Assembly (NCBI RefSeq): GCF_000020025.1
Contig: NC_010628.1
Span: 2,280,001-2,312,000, forward strand
Length of the DNA stretch: 32,000 bases
Reading direction: 5' to 3'
DNA from: Nostoc punctiforme PCC 73102
GTDB lineage: Bacteria; Cyanobacteriota; Cyanobacteriia; Cyanobacteriales; Nostocaceae
Below, piece by piece: positions 28,180 through 32,000 of this stretch. Position numbers and translations under genes: made by a program. Below the pieces are notes generated by a model, which did not search any database, was not told the DNA's origin, and saw nothing but the letters and a program-made list of their open reading frames with translations. Positions within the stretch are counted from its first letter, which is position 1. Each line of letters starts with the position of its first letter.

Positions 28180-28732
28180 AAGTTGTCAAAGCCCGCCAAG
28201 TTCGCTGACCAACTATTCCATCCGTTCCTAAATTCTGCTGGTTTTGAAAGGCTTTGACAGCAGTTTCTGTCAGTGCGCCATAAATCCCATCCACTCTTAC
28301 GGCATAACCGTTAGCCACTAACAGCCGTTGTAAGACTCTGACAGCAAGGCCAGAGCTACCGAAATAAAGAGTCGGCATAGGTTGGCTACTAAACCTCTGG
28401 AAACGTCCTGTAACCTTTATGCGGACTTGGCCTACAGACTGAGAATGCTTTTTAGACTTACCTAAGTTAGAAGAAGCTAGGAACTGATTATTTTTGCTGA
28501 TTTTCTGAAGTATATATCCTTTCTCTAGTGCGATCGCTGAGGGAGAAGCCTGGGAAATCTCATCTGTCTGCATAAATTCAGGCGGTGTGACTTGAGCAGT
28601 TATCTCCGACTCATTCTGTTTTGACTGCTTTTCGTCATTTTCCATCTGAACTAATTGCTGTTGTGGCAAATTGGTTCCAAATGCTTGTCTTATTGTTAAT
28701 ACGCCCGTCATCATCAGGCTAATTTCAGTCAT
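28178..28732 (-). CDS. peptidoglycan-binding (PG_binding_1) domain protein
   Basis: The C-terminal segment GSSGLAVRVLQRLLVANGYAVRVDGIYGALTETAVKAFQNQQNLGTDGIVGQRTWRAL is a canonical PG-binding repeat. The N-terminal region is low-complexity. Confidence 0.75.
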   Translation of the reverse strand: MTEISLMMTGVLTIRQAFGTNLPQQQLVQMENDEKQSKQNESEITAQVTPPEFMQTDEISQASPSAIALEKGYILQKISKNNQFLASSNLGKSKKHSQSVGQVRIKVTGRFQRFSSQPMPTLYFGSSGLAVRVLQRLLVANGYAVRVDGIYGALTETAVKAFQNQQNLGTDGIVGQRTWRALTT

Positions 28733-29630
28733 TGTAGTTCATTCATTTTACTTCAACCAATATTTCTTTTAACTAACAACATTGCTGCTGTTCAGGATAA
28801 TACATATTGACTAAATAAAAAAGTCATGTACTAATTTTTTCAGATAATATTTTTTCAGATAAAATTATCATATTCATATTTACTCACCTCCGATTCCATC
28901 TAATGAGACTAATATTATTAGTTTTGTGCCTTTTTTATCTTTAATCAAGCCACTAACTTCTAAGATATGCTATTTAAATCAACGGTTTAGACAATAACAT
29001 ACTATATGATTCTCTGGGAATGCCATCGAAGAATTTTTTCTCGTTACCTTTGGCTCATGCTTGATACGCTGATGCTGCTTTTCTCATATTTATACTGCCA
29101 GCAAAAATCCTGTAAATTCCCTGAGTCTGCTTTTTAGGCATTGATCGATGCAACATTTGATAATAATGATAAACTCTTGATTTTAAACAATTTGTCCTCC
29201 TTTAGAGAGGGTTATCAACTTTTTATCAATCACTTTTATATTGCAGGATACATACTGGTCATTACAGCATTATCTAGTTTTGCCAACTTCACTCTGCAAA
29301 TATTCAGCTATGTTTCCTAAATATTTGCTTTGTAATTGAATTTATATGGCTCCTTCGCCGTCTTCTTGGAAAACGCATACTTCGAACTCAAGAAAATGAA
29401 ACCGCACAACGTTGTTTTCCTGTCTTGAATTTGAACTAGAGTTGAGACTACTGCATAACAAAGTTACATGCTGGCAATGTAAATAATGTGTCTACAATTC
29501 TCTTGCCACACCTGTGTTAATTTTTATAACATTTTTAAATATGAAGAAAGGATGCACCTTATTAGCGCGTAGGTGTAGCCCGCCCTTAGACATCGCTTAG
29601 TACGCTTAGTTGTGGATGTTGAAAAACTTT

Positions 29631-30347
29631 TTACCTTTTTTCATCTCGCCACAAAGCAATACCACCTAATAAACCAGTAATATTAGGGATGAGTTTTACA
29701 TTTAAAGGTAGCTGGAAATTCACTCTGACAGCTTCACCACCGCCAATGTAAAGGTAATCATAATTGAACAGATGTTGTAAGGATGCGATCGCCTTTTCTA
29801 AACGCCTATTCCATCTTTTCTCACCAATTTTTTCTAACTCTGCACGCCCTAACTGCTGCTCAAAAGTCTCTCCTTTGCGAAACGGATGATGTCCCATTTC
29901 CATATTTGGTACTAGCTTACCGTCTACAAATAAAGCTGAACCAAACCCTGTACCGAGAGTAATCACCAGTTCTACACCTTTACCTGCGATCGCACCAAAT
30001 CCCTGCATATCTGCATCATTAATCACCCGTACAGGCTTGTTTAAGTGTTTTAATAACGCTGTTTCCAAATCAAATCCAATCCAATCTGGATGTAAGTTTA
30101 CCGCCGTTTCCGTGACTCCACATCGAACCACACCAGGAAAACCCACCGAAACGCGATGAAATTCACCTTGAGCCGCAGCTAACACAACAATTGCATTAAT
30201 TACAACCCCCGGTGTAGCAGGTTGAGGTGTATCTAAACGCGCTCTTTCTGTTACAGGACTTCCCGTAATATCTAAAACCATAGCCTTAACGCCACTACCA
30301 CCAATATCAACCGATAGGGTACGAATCGATCCATTTTCTTCAACCAT
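29631..30347 (-). CDS. ppgK: ROK-family polyphosphate glucokinase
   Basis: LSVDIGGSGVKAMV (phosphate-1), INDADMQG and ITLGTGFGSALF motifs. The 238-aa size fits cyanobacterial PpgK. Confidence 0.8.
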   Translation of the reverse strand: MVEENGSIRTLSVDIGGSGVKAMVLDITGSPVTERARLDTPQPATPGVVINAIVVLAAAQGEFHRVSVGFPGVVRCGVTETAVNLHPDWIGFDLETALLKHLNKPVRVINDADMQGFGAIAGKGVELVITLGTGFGSALFVDGKLVPNMEMGHHPFRKGETFEQQLGRAELEKIGEKRWNRRLEKAIASLQHLFNYDYLYIGGGEAVRVNFQLPLNVKLIPNITGLLGGIALWRDEKR

Positions 30348-30746
30348 TGAGTTACATCCTTGTTAATGCTTGTTCTTTCGATATTATGCTCTGCTGCATC
30401 CGATCGAATTCGGATGTTTGGAGAGTCTTTATATTGAGGGGAAAGTAGAGGAGATGAGTTCTCTACTCAACTTAGCGCCAGCAAGGTTTGAGCAACTCAT
30501 GTTTTAAGATTAAAGAATCTTCGTGGCTACCCTGCTCCTCACAGAGACCCTCCAGCCTGGAGAGTGCCAAGCCTATCGACAATCACAGTTTAGTAGTCCT
30601 GAGTCCTGAGTAGTATATCAACACATTAGACGCACGACAACATCCAGATTTGCTAATGTAGAGATAATGGAAATAGTACTGGCGTAGCTGCTTAAAATCT
30701 ATCGGGCAGCAAATTTCTATTAAAAGTAATAATAAGAGAAAGAATT

Positions 30747-31250
30747 ATGACGGCGTTTGAACCTCAAAGCATCCGCTCTTATAGCCAAGAAGATGTCCAA
30801 CAAATTCTACACTTAGCGATCGCTCGTCAAGCTAATGACAAAAATACAGAATTTTCTTATGAGCAGATACTAGAAATTGCTGCTGAGTTAGAAATCTCAC
30901 CTGATTCTTTAAAATTAGCCGAGCGCGATTGGTTAGTACAACAAGGTCAAGTCCAACAGCGAAAGGCTTTTGACGCTTACCGTGTTAGAAGATTTCAGAA
31001 GCGTCTAGGAAATTATGCAATTTTTAATGGCTTTTTTATACTGTCAAATTTACTAACTGGTGGCGGAATTTCTTGGTCGCTGTACATTTTGCTATTCTGC
31101 GGATTACCTGTAGGGCTAGATGTATGGAATACTTTTCAAATCAAAGGCGAAGAGTATGAAATAGCATTCCAGAAGTGGAGCCGTAATCATCAGATTAAGA
31201 AAACCATCAGCACAGTTTTGAATAAATGGTTTAAGGCATTACAGGTTTAG
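30747..31250 (+). CDS. 2TM-domain membrane protein, function unknown
   Basis: 167-aa ORF with a soluble helical N-terminal half followed by two adjacent hydrophobic helices. Confidence 0.6.
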   Translation: MTAFEPQSIRSYSQEDVQQILHLAIARQANDKNTEFSYEQILEIAAELEISPDSLKLAERDWLVQQGQVQQRKAFDAYRVRRFQKRLGNYAIFNGFFILSNLLTGGGISWSLYILLFCGLPVGLDVWNTFQIKGEEYEIAFQKWSRNHQIKKTISTVLNKWFKALQV

Positions 31251-31303
31251 TAGATTTGCTTAGGTAAGGTAACTGTTTGTAGGCATCAGTAACTCAAATA
31301 AAA

Positions 31304-31333
31304 ACCCCGCAGGAGAAACGGGGTAATATTTTC
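31304..31333 (+). terminator. candidate intrinsic terminator
   Basis: ccccg (31305-31309) and cgggg (31319-31323) form a stem with a 9-nt loop, followed by taatatttt. It lies about 55 nt after the 31250 stop. Confidence 0.4.
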
Positions 31334-31684
31334 CGCTACCTACATTTGTTGTGTAACATCACTTAAATAAAATTTTAAGAAACACAGCAATTATTAGGAT
31401 TAAAATTGATATTATCTGATTGGCTGAAAGTATTATTTCTATCTTTATACTGATATGAGTATCTATCAATAGTCTGAAAAATGATTTTATCTACAGTGGG
31501 TTTCAAAAAATATAGGACTCGTATTTGATTTTTAAACAAGACTCAGTATCGATCTATCCCTTCTTTCTTATTTCTTATTCCCTCTTCTCTGCCGATGCGA
31601 GTAAATATGGCTACGCCACGCTGCGCGAACAGAAATCAAACCGGATTGCTATATCCCTCTTTCAAGAAACACTTGACGTAAAGC

Positions 31685-31999
31685 TTATATAGAAAGGGTT
31701 TGATAAAATGAAGCTTCCTCCTTATCTTGGGATTTGGGGACAAGTTGAAGACCAAAAGCTTGCGCTTTCTTCTGGAGATTTTTGAGGATCAAATCCTGGT
31801 ATTTTTGCTCATAGTATTCCATACCAGGATCAGAATATCGTCCAGCAGTTGTCCAAATTTGGTAGAACAAACGAGCCAGGTTGTGTGCAGTAGCAGTTAT
31901 TGCTTTGGGTGCGCCCAAGCGAGAACGTAACCGACGATAAAATGCACCTAGAGCAGAACGGCTGTGAGTCAGAGAAAAAGCCGTTATGCGAAAAGCATT
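31685..31999 (-). CDS. IS110-family transposase, C-terminal part (gene runs off the right edge)
   Basis: My own translation upstream of the track ORF reads NAFRITAFSLTHSRSALGAFYRRLRSRLGAPKAITATAHNLARLFYQIW...YYEQKYQ. This matches the Transposase_20 C-terminal pattern of IS110/IS116/IS902 elements. Confidence 0.75.
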   Translation of the reverse strand, partial: NAFRITAFSLTHSRSALGAFYRRLRSRLGAPKAITATAHNLARLFYQIWTTAGRYSDPGMEYYEQKYQDLILKNLQKKAQAFGLQLVPKSQDKEEASFYQTLSI

Positions 32000-32000
32000 T

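Noticed and set aside
29006-29137. 43-aa Cys-rich sORF (MILWECHRRIFSRYLWLMLDTLMLLFSYLYCQQKSCKFPESAF)
   Set aside because: It has no ribosome-binding site, no terminator and no recognisable family. It is the kind of ORF expected by chance in 900 bp of spacer.
1-32000. CRISPR arrays, retrons/DGRs, toxin-antitoxin pairs and restriction-modification or other defence islands
   Set aside because: I saw no regularly spaced 28-40 nt repeats, no reverse transcriptase, no nuclease/ATPase/methylase motifs, and no small adjacent gene pairs of TA type. The gene content is metabolic or regulatory with native HIP1 density.

Overview
The window reads as ordinary core chromosome of a filamentous, heterocyst-forming cyanobacterium (Nostoc/Anabaena type). 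Evidence for this: I counted 32 exact copies of the HIP1 octamer GCGATCGC. Heptanucleotide tandem repeats sit in several intergenic spacers. The sucrose synthase matches Anabaena SusA as I recall it, and much of the gene content is typical of cyanobacteria. I support about 27 coding regions: tetrapyrrole genes (cobA/hemD fusion, cbiX-cobA), coaE, homogentisate phytyltransferase, sucrose synthase, polyphosphate glucokinase, a PAO-type Rieske oxygenase, a hybrid histidine kinase, TPR proteins, and an AsnB-like/amidase/LLM oxidoreductase trio. There is also one tRNA-His(GTG), one intact ~1.0 kb IS5-like insertion sequence, the 3' part of an IS110-family transposase gene at the right edge, two MITE-like inverted-repeat elements and a few hairpins. 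I see no CRISPR array, reverse transcriptase, toxin-antitoxin pair or recognisable defence module, and I cannot honestly claim a novel multi-gene system. The best leads are: (1) the hybrid kinase carries an N-terminal plant-ETR1-like ethylene-binding domain; (2) a nucleophile-less asparagine-synthetase homologue is divergently paired with a GatA-like amidase and convergently overlapped by an LLM oxidoreductase; (3) a frameshifted xdhC remnant overlaps the mocA-like gene start; (4) an IS sits in the divergent promoter between vte2 and a fibrillin-like gene; (5) an unannotated 38-aa membrane sORF has its own terminator hairpin. All family assignments come from motif recognition by eye, not database searches.
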